Assembly: GCA_017499595.2 (NCBI GenBank)
Contig: CM039009.1
Coordinates: forward strand, 744,001-808,000
Direction: 5' to 3'
DNA: 64,000 bases
Source of the DNA: Psilocybe cubensis
Taxonomy: Eukaryota
Shown: piece after piece, positions 38,165 through 50,591 of the stretch
Position numbering within the stretch: position 1 is the first letter of the stretch
Layout: each line of letters starts with the position of its first letter
Position numbers and translations under genes: made by a program
Notes under the pieces: generated by a model
Told to the model about the DNA's origin: nothing
What the model saw: the letters and a program-made list of their open reading frames with translations, nothing else
Database searches by the model: none

Positions 38165-39874
38165 ATGCACGACTACATGCTCACGCTCAATCCAGCGGAC
38201 TACTTCTCGACAATATCATGGCCCCGACCGCCTAGCTATAAATTCTCCGACCTATCCACCTACCTCTTTGGAGTGGCACGTCATTCGCAAACGACTATTC
38301 ACGCCTTACCCCCAGAACTATTGGAACACATATTCTCATACTATACTCATGTCGACGATGAAGATATCCCAGGAATCGCGAGTGGCATTATTTCCACCCA
38401 CTGTATATCCGCACGCCCACGGGCGTATGCAAACCCTCTCATACTCGGTCACGTCTGCTCGCGATGGATGTCCATTTCAAGGAATCAACAAAGGCTGTGG
38501 ACGAAACTGTATGTCACGGAACCGGAATCCGCGAAACAGGTCGCAATGGCGAGATACTGGCTCTCACTCTCTGGCACGTCGCCTCTCACGCTGTCGCTGA
38601 AGATAAGTAGCGCACTGGCGATGAGTCATGCCCCCTCCTCAGCTGAGGGCAAAAACCGGGAGAAATCGAGAGCAGAAGCTGTGCGCAGATATGTCGATCT
38701 CTTCTTGATGCGATACGACCAATGGCAAAGCATCACAATCAAGCTTTCGGGGACCACCTATCTCCCTTCATTGCTTAACTGTGGGCCAAATTCCATCATA
38801 TACGTTCCAAAAGATGCTCCACCAATGCTCAAGCATGTCGACATTGACTACGGCAGTTGGATGTTGGGCGACAGAAGGAGACCCAATGACGCCATGCTTT
38901 CTGTGCTCTACTCGGCTCCTGGGCTGGACTCTGTCTCGTGGAGTGCGCAGTGGTATGCACCAACAAAGCTTGTGACACACGAGGTTTTTCCACATTGGAA
39001 GAACCTGAGGAAGTTGGTGTACAGGCAGGGATATTCGTATAACACGTTGAAGGTGGCTGATGCAATAGCACTTCTGGATGCATGTCCTCTGCTGGAACAT
39101 TTCGATGCGTTGTTTTACCCAGAGCACGGACATGGAGGTACGCATGAGGTGCAGGAGCTCGTTAAACATCGGAACCTGCGTGTGCTCGATCTGACCATCA
39201 TGCAATCGACCGCGGCGGTATTATTCGACTCGCTGGATTTACCCGCTCTAGAGGAAGTGAAGATCGAATTCCCATCTGATTACGGCAACACTGTTAACTC
39301 TGCCTTTGTGGGTCTGCTGAAGCGATCGGAGTGTAAGTTGCAAAGGGTATTCTTCGACAACTCCAATGGTGGTACGGACAGTGAGGTTATTCTTGAGGTG
39401 CTCAGGTCGCAGCATCTCAAAGATCTCAAAGTGTTGCAACTGGCGGGCGTGAGGACTTCGGGAGTAATGAGGCTGCTTACGAGACGAGCAGCCGTGGAAG
39501 AGACACTGGCCGTTCTCCCTCTTCTGGAGAGATTGGACTTCCAGAAATTTGCCTATGGAGATTCACCCTCGATCGACGACGTGGAAAACATGATCATGTC
39601 TCGGACAAAGCAAATAAGGGGGCTGGGCGTCGGCCGTCTAAAGAAAGAAGGCCATGGAGACGCACTTACTACACTTGCGCGTGTAGAATTGCAGCTCGGG
39701 GAGTTGGGGACATGGGATTACTATCGGCTGGCAAAATTGGGTAGTCGGGGAAGTAAGATCGTCCTTACGGATATGGGCACGAGGAGCGAAATGAGTGTTC
39801 CTCCAATCATGCAAGTTCTCAGTGGGGTGCGGAACTGGATTATGCCTGGGGCAAGGTTTGCGTGGGATCATTAA
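38165..39874 (+). CDS. F-box-like protein with degenerate LRR C-terminus (apparently intronless)
   Basis: 'IHALPPELLEHIF ... PLILGHVCSRWMSISRNQQRLWTKL', 'WLSLSGTSPLTLSL', 'LFDSLDLPALEEV', 'LLKRSECKLQRV'. Confidence 0.88.
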   Translation: MHDYMLTLNPADYFSTISWPRPPSYKFSDLSTYLFGVARHSQTTIHALPPELLEHIFSYYTHVDDEDIPGIASGIISTHCISARPRAYANPLILGHVCSRWMSISRNQQRLWTKLYVTEPESAKQVAMARYWLSLSGTSPLTLSLKISSALAMSHAPSSAEGKNREKSRAEAVRRYVDLFLMRYDQWQSITIKLSGTTYLPSLLNCGPNSIIYVPKDAPPMLKHVDIDYGSWMLGDRRRPNDAMLSVLYSAPGLDSVSWSAQWYAPTKLVTHEVFPHWKNLRKLVYRQGYSYNTLKVADAIALLDACPLLEHFDALFYPEHGHGGTHEVQELVKHRNLRVLDLTIMQSTAAVLFDSLDLPALEEVKIEFPSDYGNTVNSAFVGLLKRSECKLQRVFFDNSNGGTDSEVILEVLRSQHLKDLKVLQLAGVRTSGVMRLLTRRAAVEETLAVLPLLERLDFQKFAYGDSPSIDDVENMIMSRTKQIRGLGVGRLKKEGHGDALTTLARVELQLGELGTWDYYRLAKLGSRGSKIVLTDMGTRSEMSVPPIMQVLSGVRNWIMPGARFAWDH

Positions 39875-39956
39875 CTAGCAACGAAGGTGTGGATAGGGGA
39901 GGCGTAATTTTGGTGGGAGCGAAGTAACATGCGGGATGTAAACGATCACCCATTTC

Positions 39957-40603
39957 TCAACTCCTTCCAGTCGGACCGCCCTGCGTTTCTGCTTGTATTT
40001 TTTGCTGGAGGACGCTGATGATGACGTTCATGTTTTCACGTTTCTTATTTATGGTCTCTTCTAGGGTGTCGACGTTGGTGCGGATGTACTCGACTTTGCT
40101 GGAGTAGTGTTTCGCAGCTTCGGCGCGTGTCTGTACAATTTATGGAATAATGATAGCGTAAATATGTAGCTTTAATGAAATGTATGTATCTCTTACCTTT
40201 CGGACGTAGTAGCCCGTCCCTATATCCACTATAACGTGCTCCGAGTCCGAAAGTTTGCCTGGAACGTACAACGAGTTGGTCAAGGGTACGAGTATGGTTT
40301 TCGCTGCATCCGACACGGTGAGCCAATGAAGAAGTATAAAAGGGGTATTCACGTACATTTATGCTCAGGCTTTACCTGGTTGACATTATCGAGGCATGTC
40401 TTGAACTTTGCCTGCGCCTGTTTGAGCTGCGCGAATGAGTTTGTAAGATGATTCAATTCCTGTCAGATTTCGTCAGTTATCATATTATCCACAGTCTACG
40501 CAGTTCCCGTGTGCTGCCTTACCTCTTCAAGCTGCTTTCGGACTTCAGAGAGCTGCGCGATGTCAAGATCCGCAACACTAATAGTCTGCTGGGGCTGCGC
40601 CAT
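39957..40603 (-). CDS. GIM5: Prefoldin alpha subunit 5
   Basis: Spliced: MAQPQQTISVADLDIAQLSEVRKQLEE/ELNHLTNSFAQLKQAQAKFKTC.../KTILVPLTNSLYVPGKLSDSEHVIVDIGTGYYVRK/TRAEAAKHY...GRS*. 'LVPLTxSLYVPG' and 'VDIGTGYYV' are PFD5 signatures. Confidence 0.95.
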
Positions 40604-40787
40604 CTTGGTTTGATTGAGAGGGTCGACGTGACGTGACATAATTCAGAGTGACTGGGCTTTCCCGTTGAGCTTGACAGTCCCACGGCTTCAATTCAAGTTG
40701 TCAACCAGAACGAAATTGGAATCGCTCTTAGCTTCTAGCTACTTGGATGTCCGCTGAGGAATATTCGTCCTCAGCAAGACAGGGAAC
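40604..40787. promoter_or_regulatory. Compact bidirectional promoter between GIM5 and the DENND11-like gene
   Basis: Divergent ATGs are about 185 bp apart. Tandem GACGTGACGTGAC (CRE/ATF-like half-sites) at 40625-40637. Confidence 0.5.
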
Positions 40788-42967
40788 ATGACTACGATGG
40801 AGGAACGAGGGCAATGTCCTCAAGATTTAGGTGTGTACAGTATCACTACGATGTGCTGGACCCTGAGGCTCACTGGCATGTGTGACCGATTCCCTGTTAG
40901 TCGCGATATTTCATGCTTCATTCCACCCGACGAAAGGCAATGTTATTGACTGGTCGATGAAGGCCAGTGATGGTGAGCTGTTATCATTTATGTCCATTTG
41001 AGTATACTGATCGTTTTGAATTCCTGTCAGATCTTAACTTGGATGGCTTAGAATACAGCGCGCTGCCCAGCGGTCTTCATCTCGTAGAACAAGACGTTGT
41101 GTACGCTTAACGCCGCACGGAAACGTACCTACTCTTCTGACCCATTGACTCACACAGATACTTCAACAAAGATGGCCAACAGGGCGTATGCATTTTCCGC
41201 AGACGCCAAACTGCCGAGACAGGCCATCGCGGATTCCGGCTGAGCTCGTTGGGCATCCTGCTCGCCAGATCGCGCAGACCTCGGCCGCAGCGGCATGTAA
41301 AGGCTCTGAAGGAGCTCATTGAGACGGTGTACACGCGCATGGAGCGGGAGGGCGTGTTGGAGCCCACGGATGAGGACTGGGATCCGGCGCGTGCGTTCTT
41401 TGAGGAGAGGAAACTTCGGAGGGCAGATCTTGGCGGTGCGGGTGATTGGGCTGGGTGGAGCGAGGAGCTAGATGGTGTAAGTGCGGCTTTTTTCTGTGAT
41501 GCGACTATTGCTGATTGAATGTAGATTTATTCGGAGCCCAGCGACTCCAATTTGACGTTGCACCTCCCTCATTTATTGCGAATTCTTGGCCCGAGCTCGT
41601 TGACGCTGTACAAACATATTCTTGGGAGAAAGCGCGTGCTGATATACACGCTGCCGCCTGTGCAGGTTGCATGCATCTTATGTCATGTCGCAAGCGACCT
41701 GTGCTTTGAAAGCCAGGTGGATGACAGTCCCAACTCAGGACACCTCAAGGGCAAACATCACGAGCCAGTGAATGTCCTTGGGATGGTAACACTCACCGAC
41801 TTGGATAGACTGGAAGCAGAGAGCCGGACAGGACGTGGATGGATTGCTTGTGTGTATTTTTTATTTGACCTTCCAATACAAGCTGTTAACAATCTTGCAG
41901 GTACGACTGACGCAATATTTATGGAGAAACCCTCTTATTACGACCTACTTATTGACCTAACAACCTCTACACCCAACAAAACAACCCGACCGACATTTTA
42001 TGCTTCTAAACCGGTCACTCCACAACCCGGCAGCTCCCGTGGACCGTCACACAAACTGTCCTCTATGCACTTTGCATGGAGCGACGTGAAGCTATGGAAC
42101 GAAGTCGACAGGATTCTGCGCCTTGACTCGGACTCATTCTCGGCTTTACATACGTGCTGCGGGGTGTCAACTGTGGAGCCCCCGGTCAAGTCCAAATCGA
42201 TCACTCTGTGGACTGACGCGTGGCAGGTGTACGAGGATGTGTGCATCATTTGTGCGGGGCTCTGGATGGGTAATTGGAGAGGTAACTCGACAATGTCGTA
42301 TTCGACTGGGAATGGAGCGGAGAATTGGGGCAGCGTGCGGCTGGAAGGAGATGACGATCTCACACGGGAAGGGGTTGGTAAAGCGTATGTTCGCAATGTG
42401 GGTATGGGCATCGAGGGTCGACCAGCGAGCGACATGGGTTTGTCTGCCGGTGGGACGTCGGGTGGAACGTCGAAGGCCAATAGAAGGGTCAGTGCGATGT
42501 CATGGTCTAGTGGACGTGCGACAGTCGTTGGGACCGTTGCGAATGGGAAAGGCAAACAAGTGACCTCCCCTGAGCCTCAACTTAACGATTCTGGCCAAAT
42601 TGATGAAGTCGACGAAACATATGGCCTGGAGCAGTACCATACTGCAGAAGAGGAGTCACGGCGGAAGAATGCACAGCTCCTGACGACGCTGGCAATTCTG
42701 CAAACTTTCCACGCACACACCCTGTTCCAGCTCTCGGTATTGAAAGACATACTCACGCGACAGGGTGTAGACGGTGATGGTGATGGCAGGGAGAAGGTTG
42801 TGCTGTTGTCGCCGAAGGATATGATGACGTTCGAGCTAGGACCTCTCAGCAGCTTTGATGCACGATATTTGGAGTGGCTTGTAGAAGAATACGGTGGGGA
42901 GGGAGTACGAGTCGCAATAAAACGCGGCTGGAAGGACCTGCTTGTCGCCATGCTTGGGTATGGTTAA
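40788..42967 (+). CDS. DENND11/LCHN (DUF2347/DUF4484)-like DENN-domain protein
   Basis: Spliced: ...CPQDL/VAIFHASFHPTKGNVIDWS.../DLNLDGLEYSALPSGLHLVEQDVV/YF...GVCIFRRR...RGFRLSSLGIL...LGPSSLTLYKHILGRKRVLIYTLPPV...GWIAC/TTDAIFMEKP. Confidence 0.82.
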
Positions 42968-43455
42968 TCGTCCACCGCCGTTCTCGTTTCCTTTTTTTCG
43001 GCATGTCCTCCATCCTCTCACCACAGTCCTTTTTTATGACCATCCTTTTCTTCCCTTTCCTTTTGTTTCTAATCTCTACATCTTCTCCCTGCGTTATCCC
43101 TTTTTATTTTGTTGTTCTTTCTTGATTATATCTTGGATTTATTTCATTATTGTGGATGGATATACCCTCTTTTCATCTGTCTTCACCACGCTGCTTATAC
43201 CATTTATTTTGCTTTAAGGACTCGGAAACCTGTATGGCTTAAATATAAATTTTGTAAAACTCCCCTCTTATACTTATCATGACCCTCTTGTTGCTTTATC
43301 CCCCTCCTTTGCTGTTTGCATAGTAAAACGTAGATTAGTGTCACCAATGGTAAATGGACCGGACCACTTTCAATCGATTACGTAATCTAGGACAAAGAAT
43401 GCAATGGTTCCTGTGTTTTTGAACTTTTTGTACCTCGTTTTCTTCTCCAAACCTC

Positions 43456-45800
43456 ATGATGGGCAGATCAAGTACGATATCGTTTTTTTTATATCAAAAA
43501 ATCATATTGATTCAATTGGTAGAATCAAAACGACCGGAGGTTCCGCTCAAGTCAAGTCGGTCCCTTTTTTTATTGACCTTTTTAAAGGCGTTTGGTATTC
43601 AAGACGGCTGATTGGAATTCTGTGGATTATGGTTTATATCGCTCGCTGCCGACACTTTTTGGACTTTGAACGTGGGATTTGCAATTTTGATTGGTAGAAC
43701 TCAAGAAGGATCCTGGAATACCGCGCCTGCCAAATCTGAAAGTCAAAGTGCGCAATGCTCAGCATAAACCTCAGGTATGTAGCCCAGCCAAAATTGTATA
43801 TTTTTTCGCTATCTGACATGAAATATGTATTTGTACTTTTTAGGTGCCACCAGAGCGCCAGCTCGACAACGATGCGACGATGGCGTCCGAGCCTACGCTA
43901 TCCACCCTCGCCATGCTAGCATCAGAAGCAGAAGCCTCATCGGCGGCACAGGAAAGGCAGCAGCAGCAACAAGAGCAGATGTTCATGGACCCATCATCTT
44001 CCACTGGGGTAGTTAGCAAAACAAAGGAGCAACTACGGAAATATTATCTCAAGGCACTGCATAAAGTGGTGGATGAAGCAGACATCATTATTCTTGTCCT
44101 GGACGCGCGCGATCCAGAGGGGTGTCGGAGTAGGATGGTCGAGGAGGAAGTGAGGAGGCGCGAGGCGGAGGGGAAGAGGTTGGTGTTTGTGCTGAATAAA
44201 ATTGGTTAGTTGTCATTTTCTAGGTCTGTGGTGTAAGAGCTGATATTTTGTTCATAGATTTGATTCCAAAGTCCAACGCACAGGAATGGCTGAAGTATCT
44301 GCGGCACTCGACGCCTACACTGCCATTCCTGTCGTCGGCATCGTCGCAGCACCAGCGGACGAACATTTCGTCGTCGACGGCGCCCGCGCTCATGAAGCTA
44401 CTCAAAGCCTACAAGCCAAAGGCAGGAAGTGTGACAATTGGCGTCGTGGGGTATCCAAATGTCGGGAAGAGTAGTTTGATCAACAGCCTGAAGCGAAGTA
44501 AAGTGCGTTGGTTCTTCGTTTTATCATTTGGAATGTCTAACATCAGTTGAATTAGGTTTGTGCTGTGGCTGCTCAGCCTGGTCACACGAAGGAGCTGCAG
44601 TCGGTGCAGCTTGAGCGTGGAATGCGGGTGATTGATTCCCCTGGAGTTGTGTTCGACGAGGATGTGTATGATGATGGAAAAGGGTCGAAGAAGAGCAGTG
44701 TTCTACTTCGCAACGTTGTCAAGGTTGAGGATGTCGAGGATCCTATAGCTGTCGGTTAGTTCTTTGATTCTGTCAAATATCATTTGGCGAAAAATGAATT
44801 TTTGGGTTACAGTGGAAGAAATTCTTTCAAGAACGCCACCTGAGACCCTGCAGAAGATCTACAACCTTCCCGAGTTCACATCGACGTTGGAGTTCTTGAC
44901 AATGTTGGCATTGAGCAATGGGCGACTTCTCAAGGTACTTGGACATGATGTGTACTCCGACGTCCTACAACTGATGATTTGTGTATCAGGGTGGTACTCC
45001 AGATCTCAATTCTGCGGCTCGTCAAGTCCTGACTGACTGGAACCAACAAAAAATCCCGTACTTCAGCACCCCGCCAACAATACATCCTTCCATGATCCCT
45101 TCAACTGGTATACAGCATTTTATATCTTATTTTGAAATACACTGATGTTATCTAGTGGCTGCCACCCGTACTGGCGAAGATGGTCCAGTCATCGCCCCTG
45201 GTGCTGAGAACGTCGGTCAGGCACAGATTCTGACAGAGTTTTCAAAACCTTTCCAGCTCGAAGGGTTGTTTGGAGCTGCTGATGCTGGTGCTTTTGGTGG
45301 CGATGGAGATGTTGCTATGGGTGACGAAGATGATGAAAATGAGGTCTTTTGGGATGCAGTAGAGACTCCGGAAGCCATGGATGACACGTACGTTTTTTCT
45401 TTAAGTGGTGTAGTCTCGATGATATTAACCAACCACACCTTCCAGTGTCCCCATGGAATCCGATGACCTACGCCATATCGTGCCCCGAAAACGTTCCCGT
45501 TCGCCCTCAGAGGCTGCTCAAAATTCTCGTGGCCCATCCGATCTGGCACATTATAATCGCCAACCAAAACGCCAGCGAAAATCAAAAGAGATCCCCGCCT
45601 ACGATGCACAGCCTGATAAAAATGTTTTAGAACAGATGGGACGCAGCAATCCTTTGAATAGAAAAACTCTAAAGAGAGACGCAAAGAGGGCAAGAAAGGC
45701 GCATCGGGTGAGGGCTGGAGGAGGTATGGAAATTGACGATCAGGGTTTGGATTTTACGTTCATGACTGAAGAGCGTTCGGATTTTTCTTTTACGGCTTGA
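43456..45800 (+). CDS. NUG1: Nuclear circularly permuted GTPase of the Nug1/Grn1/GNL3 family (60S biogenesis)
   Basis: Motif order DARDP - NKI/D (G4) - GYPNVGKS (G1) - PGHT (G2) - DSPG (G3). N-terminal 'KKDPGIP' exon at ~43698-43774. 'GRLLK/GGTPDLNSAARQVLTDWN..KIPYF'. May be a Nug1 paralog rather than the ortholog. Confidence 0.9.
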
Positions 45801-46032
45801 TTTATTTGCCTTTTCCTTCGATACTATCCACTTCATTTGACATTATCAGAAAGTATTGAAAGCATTTTCATTAAAAAACATTGGAACTCTTTCGCGGGGC
45901 CAATATGAGCCTTAGCACAGCCACCGCTGATCGACACAGATGTCAAGTTTTGACCTGACTGAACTTGAACGACGACGACGACGACCATATATACCCTTCC
46001 CTTTAGATTCCTTCTACACCGTGCTAGCCACG

Positions 46033-48139
46033 ATGAAGGACAATACTACCGCCATTCGTACACCACTCGTTATCTCTAATGCTCTAAATACACCCAATAG
46101 ACTAGGGTACGTTCCGATATTATCACCCGTGTCAAATTGCAGCAATGCGGGGAAGTTGATTTTCTCTTTCTTCCAGCAACGATGACTATTTCGCCATTTC
46201 ACGTTCTTTGGGAAGCTCGAAACGTCATGTTGGGACGTTTGATGAAAGTGGACATGATGAAGTTCTTCTCAATAAGCTGCATGCCCTGGAAGACGAGCAG
46301 GCTCGACGGCGGTGTCCGATAGACTCCATCCCAAATGAACTCTTGGCGCTGATCTTCGAGTTTGGGTACTTGGATTTCGAAGAATGGCGGCACTCCGATC
46401 CAGAATTTCGAGAGACGATGATGCAAACATCGCGCAGGTTTCGCCAGCTCACATTGCACACCCCGTCTTTGTGGAGTGTTATCTCTCTATCCCTGTCCAA
46501 CGTGGCAGAGGAGGTCGGCCGGCTTCCGTTTTATCTGGAGCGTTCGGCGCAATATCCTCTCGACATCCGTTTGAGCTCCTTCTGGGAGCAAGATATGACA
46601 GACATTGTCATGCCGCTCTTGGTCGCCCATAGTAAACGGTGGAAACGGTTATCTATCATTGCCACAGACTCCTACATCTTCTCATATCTGAACGACATCC
46701 CTGCGCCCATTCTGGATAATCTCGACATATCATACTTTGCGCATGAACGGAGGATTTCTCTTCCTCAATCGGTTTTCGGTGGAGAATTTCCTAAAGTGAC
46801 GTATCTATGCCTGCGAAATATCGACCTGAACACCCTCAAACTTCCCCTCCATGCTCTGAAGACGTTGGAAATACGAGGGTACGGTACCTGGCCTAACCTT
46901 GAACGATTCACTGAAATGCTGGGCAACGGTGCATCGACGCTCCAGCGCCTCATTCTGCACGTCAAACCTGGTCAGATAGCTAATCAATTGCTCCCTGAAG
47001 GCAGTCGCACGCACTCAAATATTGTCCTCCCGGCACTACGCAAACTAGAGATATATTCTTCGGAGTGGCTCTCCTCGGCCATCGTTTCATTGTCGCGCAT
47101 ATTTGTGTGCCCGAATTTGGAGTCATTCGTCCTCCGTGAGGGTGTGGGTTCCGCGTCTGAGACTGCGCGCACGATAGTGAGCTACACACGCTCCCCGCAC
47201 AGACATAAAGATCTGCGCTTGTACCAGCCGAATCCTTCGTCATGGGAGCCCCTGTTCACCGGCTTTCCGGATCGTCTGTATGTCCAGGCTGCAAGTATGG
47301 AACATGCGTGTATGATCCTTTCTTCACCGTCTACAATGCTGACGAGTCTGGAATTGCGAAAACCATTTTTGCTCCGCGCTGACTTGACCAGGTCGACGTT
47401 TTCTCAACTTAAAGCGCTCAAGCACTTGTTCTTCCTCGATACGGCACCGAACCACGCTATGCTCCAGCTGCTTGATGGTTACCAGGACGCAGAAGTGGCG
47501 GATGAGGTGATACAATCGAGCAGAGGGTCTATCTCAATACCCACTCTGGAAACCTTCGTCCTCGAAATTGATACCCATACGAACCGACAAGAGCTTCTGT
47601 CTGGATACAAAGATGTCACTGCCAATTTCGTTGACATGTTCACACTGCCGTCCATTCGCACGCTCGTCCTCAAGAACTTGGAAGCGCGACAGTGGATCAA
47701 CATTGCGCGCTCGTTCGGTCTCCACGCTGAGGAGTATACTAAACTCACGTCGCTGAAGGTCATGAACATGACTGATGTCTTAGCTGTCAACGCTAATGAC
47801 GTTTTGTACAACGACAACACGCGCTCGTTCCCTCATCTCCGCCGACTGTTGCTGGACACCGTCGGCTCAAATGCATTCATGCACCAGCTCCTCCCTAAAG
47901 CAAACCCAGAATCTCCGGGTTCCTTCGTGTTGCCGTGGCCTGATATGGAGGTGATCTCTGTGTACGGAGATGCGAATGTTAGTAAGCCTATGCTGCATCG
48001 TATCATATCTACGAGGGAGGAGCAAGGTAGACCTTTGAAGATGCTCTATCTTGACGATCGCTTTTCGACCAACAAGGACTCGTGGAATTGGTTGAACGAA
48101 CACACCCATGTTCTCAAGTCTAAACCTGGGTTCTTATAA
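46033..48139 (+). CDS. F-box-like protein with degenerate LRR C-terminus
   Basis: 'PIDSIPNELLALIF ... TSRRFRQLTLHTPSLWSVI', 'YLERSAQYPLDIRL', 'HSKRWKRLSI'. Short exon 1 (MKDNTT...RLG) is spliced via GTACGT..CCAG. Confidence 0.88.
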
Positions 48140-49077
48140 GCGATGTCTATTCGCAGTGCTTGATCTTTTATATGCTTTTTTTTTTGCTTTTTTTTTATTT
48201 TTTGGGGTTTTATGGGGTAGAACTAGATGTTTTGACTCCCTACTGATCTTATTTCTTCCTCTCGATTCGTTGTGATTTTTCGTCAATTTTATACTAATCT
48301 TTAGTCTGATCTTTATATATCTGTTTATCATCTTACTTTGATTTTGATTTCGTGAACTAACTTATTCACCTTTTAATATTATCTATTTTTTTATCCATTT
48401 GACCCTTTTGTGACCATCTGCACTTTATTTTTTACCTCCTTTTCTGAGCATCTCAATTGACTCCAGACGAAGTACGTTGCTTTTGCTTGTACTGCAGATC
48501 TTAAAACACCACTCATCGTAGGATTTCACATCCAGGACCTTTGGCATAATCCATCACAATGTCGCTACTCGCTTTGCATGGACCTTTCCACCGAGGTCCA
48601 CATTGATGAGTGGCACTTTTTACATATCACAAGTGGCTCCAAAAGAACGCATTCAAACCGCCTTGCGGATCCTCATCCAACTATACGACGGCTCTGAATG
48701 CATGGGATGCTAGCACCGGTCATTCAAGCTTCAAGGCTGAAAAAAATCTCTCTCCAACAGGCATCGCAACGAATTGAGTTCAAAACCTTCAAGCCCAACT
48801 AAAATTCACCTGGAAATTCGAACATGGTCAATAAACCTGTAACCTTTCGAGAAGTGGACAAGGCCCATGCAACCGTCTTCAACCTGTGTCATCGATGGCC
48901 TCGTTTCATGGACCGTGGGGGTTCGCTGTTGGGCCAACCATCCCTTCCTACTAGATATGTCCCTTTCTGTGCCACACCCTGTACAATGCGCGTAGTGAAA
49001 TTGTGAAAGGTGAAAATTTAACCATCTTTCTCCTGTTTCGGTAATCAATGCGAACCCACAGCATGTGTCGCAAAGGT

Positions 49078-49086
49078 TATATAAAG
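49078..49086 (+). promoter_or_regulatory. TATA box
   Basis: TATATAAAG about 60 bp upstream of the ATG at 49143. Confidence 0.55.
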
Positions 49087-49142
49087 CCGGGGGCAGGCCT
49101 CATTCGTGGCATTCTCTATCGACAACACGCAATCGCAATACG

Positions 49143-50591
49143 ATGTCTTCAAGTATCCCCACCGCCGATGATTTTATGGACGTTGATCGGGACGACGTGA
49201 ATTGGGCCTTCATCAATCGGCTACTTCTTGCATGCAATATGCGCCTGCCGTCCACCACCGTCGTAAAGACCGCACCGCCTAACAATGACAAATTGCCAGC
49301 TGAGATTCTCCAGGAGATATTTGAGTATCTTGTAACGCCATTCGAGGACGCCAGGGAGGCCAAACAGAAAAGTGTTGGCTCACAGGCTTGTATTCCGGTG
49401 ACTCAAGTCTGTAGATTCTGGAGATACACTGCGTTGGCCCATTCTGCGCTTTGGACCAACGTAGCTTCCCTTGGGATCATCAGCTTTCGCGTGACCAAGG
49501 ATGATATCCTCCAGCAGAAAGAGTACATGCAAACACTTCTTTCACTGTCAAAATCCAGGCCACTTCACATAAAGCACGACGTGGTCGAGTCGGAAGAGTA
49601 CGCCGCTGCGAATCAGCTTTTCGCATTTCTTCTCAGACAAAATCCTCCATTGATCACAGGGGACCAGGCACCCGTTTATCATGCCGGTCGGATGTTGTTG
49701 GCTTTGGGGTTTGAACATGCTCGATGGGAAACGCTGGACATCGTTTTCGACAACCCGTTTCTTGTTTTCTTTCTCCAGAAGTCTCACCTGATTAAGGCTG
49801 TAAACTTGAAGCAGTTGGTGATAAAACTCAAAGGCAATTCCTATACTGCTTCAAATTATGAAGGTTTGCACCAGTGGATATCCAAGCTTCCCAACCTCGA
49901 CTTTCTGCGTGTGGAATCCACGGGGTTATATTCGAAACTTCTTTTCTCGTTTTCGTTGAAAGTCCCCAATGTTGAGCTGCGCCGGGATCATATCCCACTC
50001 TGTTGTTGCGTTGATTTTTTAGTCAACAACACCTATTCGACTAGCATTATACTCAAGGGAACTGCACTCAACGGCCCCACGACACCTGGTACCGGGCCGC
50101 TGTGCAGCTGGAATGTCAAAGAACACCTGTTTCCGAGTGTGACAAATATGACTAGATTGCAGAACCTTACGCTGCGAGGCATAAGAGGCTCAATCAACAT
50201 TTTCCAATTTATCCGTATACCATCTCTTAAAACTCTAGAGATCTACGATGGCTTATTTGGAATTAACGAAATTTCGGCTCTTGAATTCGCCACTATCCTA
50301 TCCAGGCAACATTGCGTTTTGGAGCGCTTAGTTATACATAACGCCTGTCTCTCAAGAAACGCCGTACTTCAGATGCTTACTTGGAAAGCGATTCAAGGTA
50401 TCAAGAGGGTGTCCCTTGGACCAGTTCCGTTCTCAGAACTTACCCAGCTTGTCCGGTTAAAAGCTAATTCCAATGGTTTTATGGTTTTCAAAGATCCGAG
50501 CCTCGGTATATTCAAGTTGCCAGTCAAATTCACAGTGTGGCAAAGGACCAGGGGCGGGAAAAAGGATCTTGGATGTTTCTTGGGATGGTAG
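49143..50591 (+). CDS. F-box-like protein (apparently intronless)
   Basis: 'DKLPAEILQEIF ... VTQVCRFWRYTALAHSALWTNV', 'LSKSRPLHI', 'HARWETLDI', 'IRIPSLKTLEI'. Confidence 0.85.
   Translation: MSSSIPTADDFMDVDRDDVNWAFINRLLLACNMRLPSTTVVKTAPPNNDKLPAEILQEIFEYLVTPFEDAREAKQKSVGSQACIPVTQVCRFWRYTALAHSALWTNVASLGIISFRVTKDDILQQKEYMQTLLSLSKSRPLHIKHDVVESEEYAAANQLFAFLLRQNPPLITGDQAPVYHAGRMLLALGFEHARWETLDIVFDNPFLVFFLQKSHLIKAVNLKQLVIKLKGNSYTASNYEGLHQWISKLPNLDFLRVESTGLYSKLLFSFSLKVPNVELRRDHIPLCCCVDFLVNNTYSTSIILKGTALNGPTTPGTGPLCSWNVKEHLFPSVTNMTRLQNLTLRGIRGSINIFQFIRIPSLKTLEIYDGLFGINEISALEFATILSRQHCVLERLVIHNACLSRNAVLQMLTWKAIQGIKRVSLGPVPFSELTQLVRLKANSNGFMVFKDPSLGIFKLPVKFTVWQRTRGGKKDLGCFLGW

Noticed and set aside
41998-42951. 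Antisense ORFs (185 aa and 124 aa) within the DENND11-like gene
   Set aside because: Opposite a well-supported conserved CDS, with no independent motifs.
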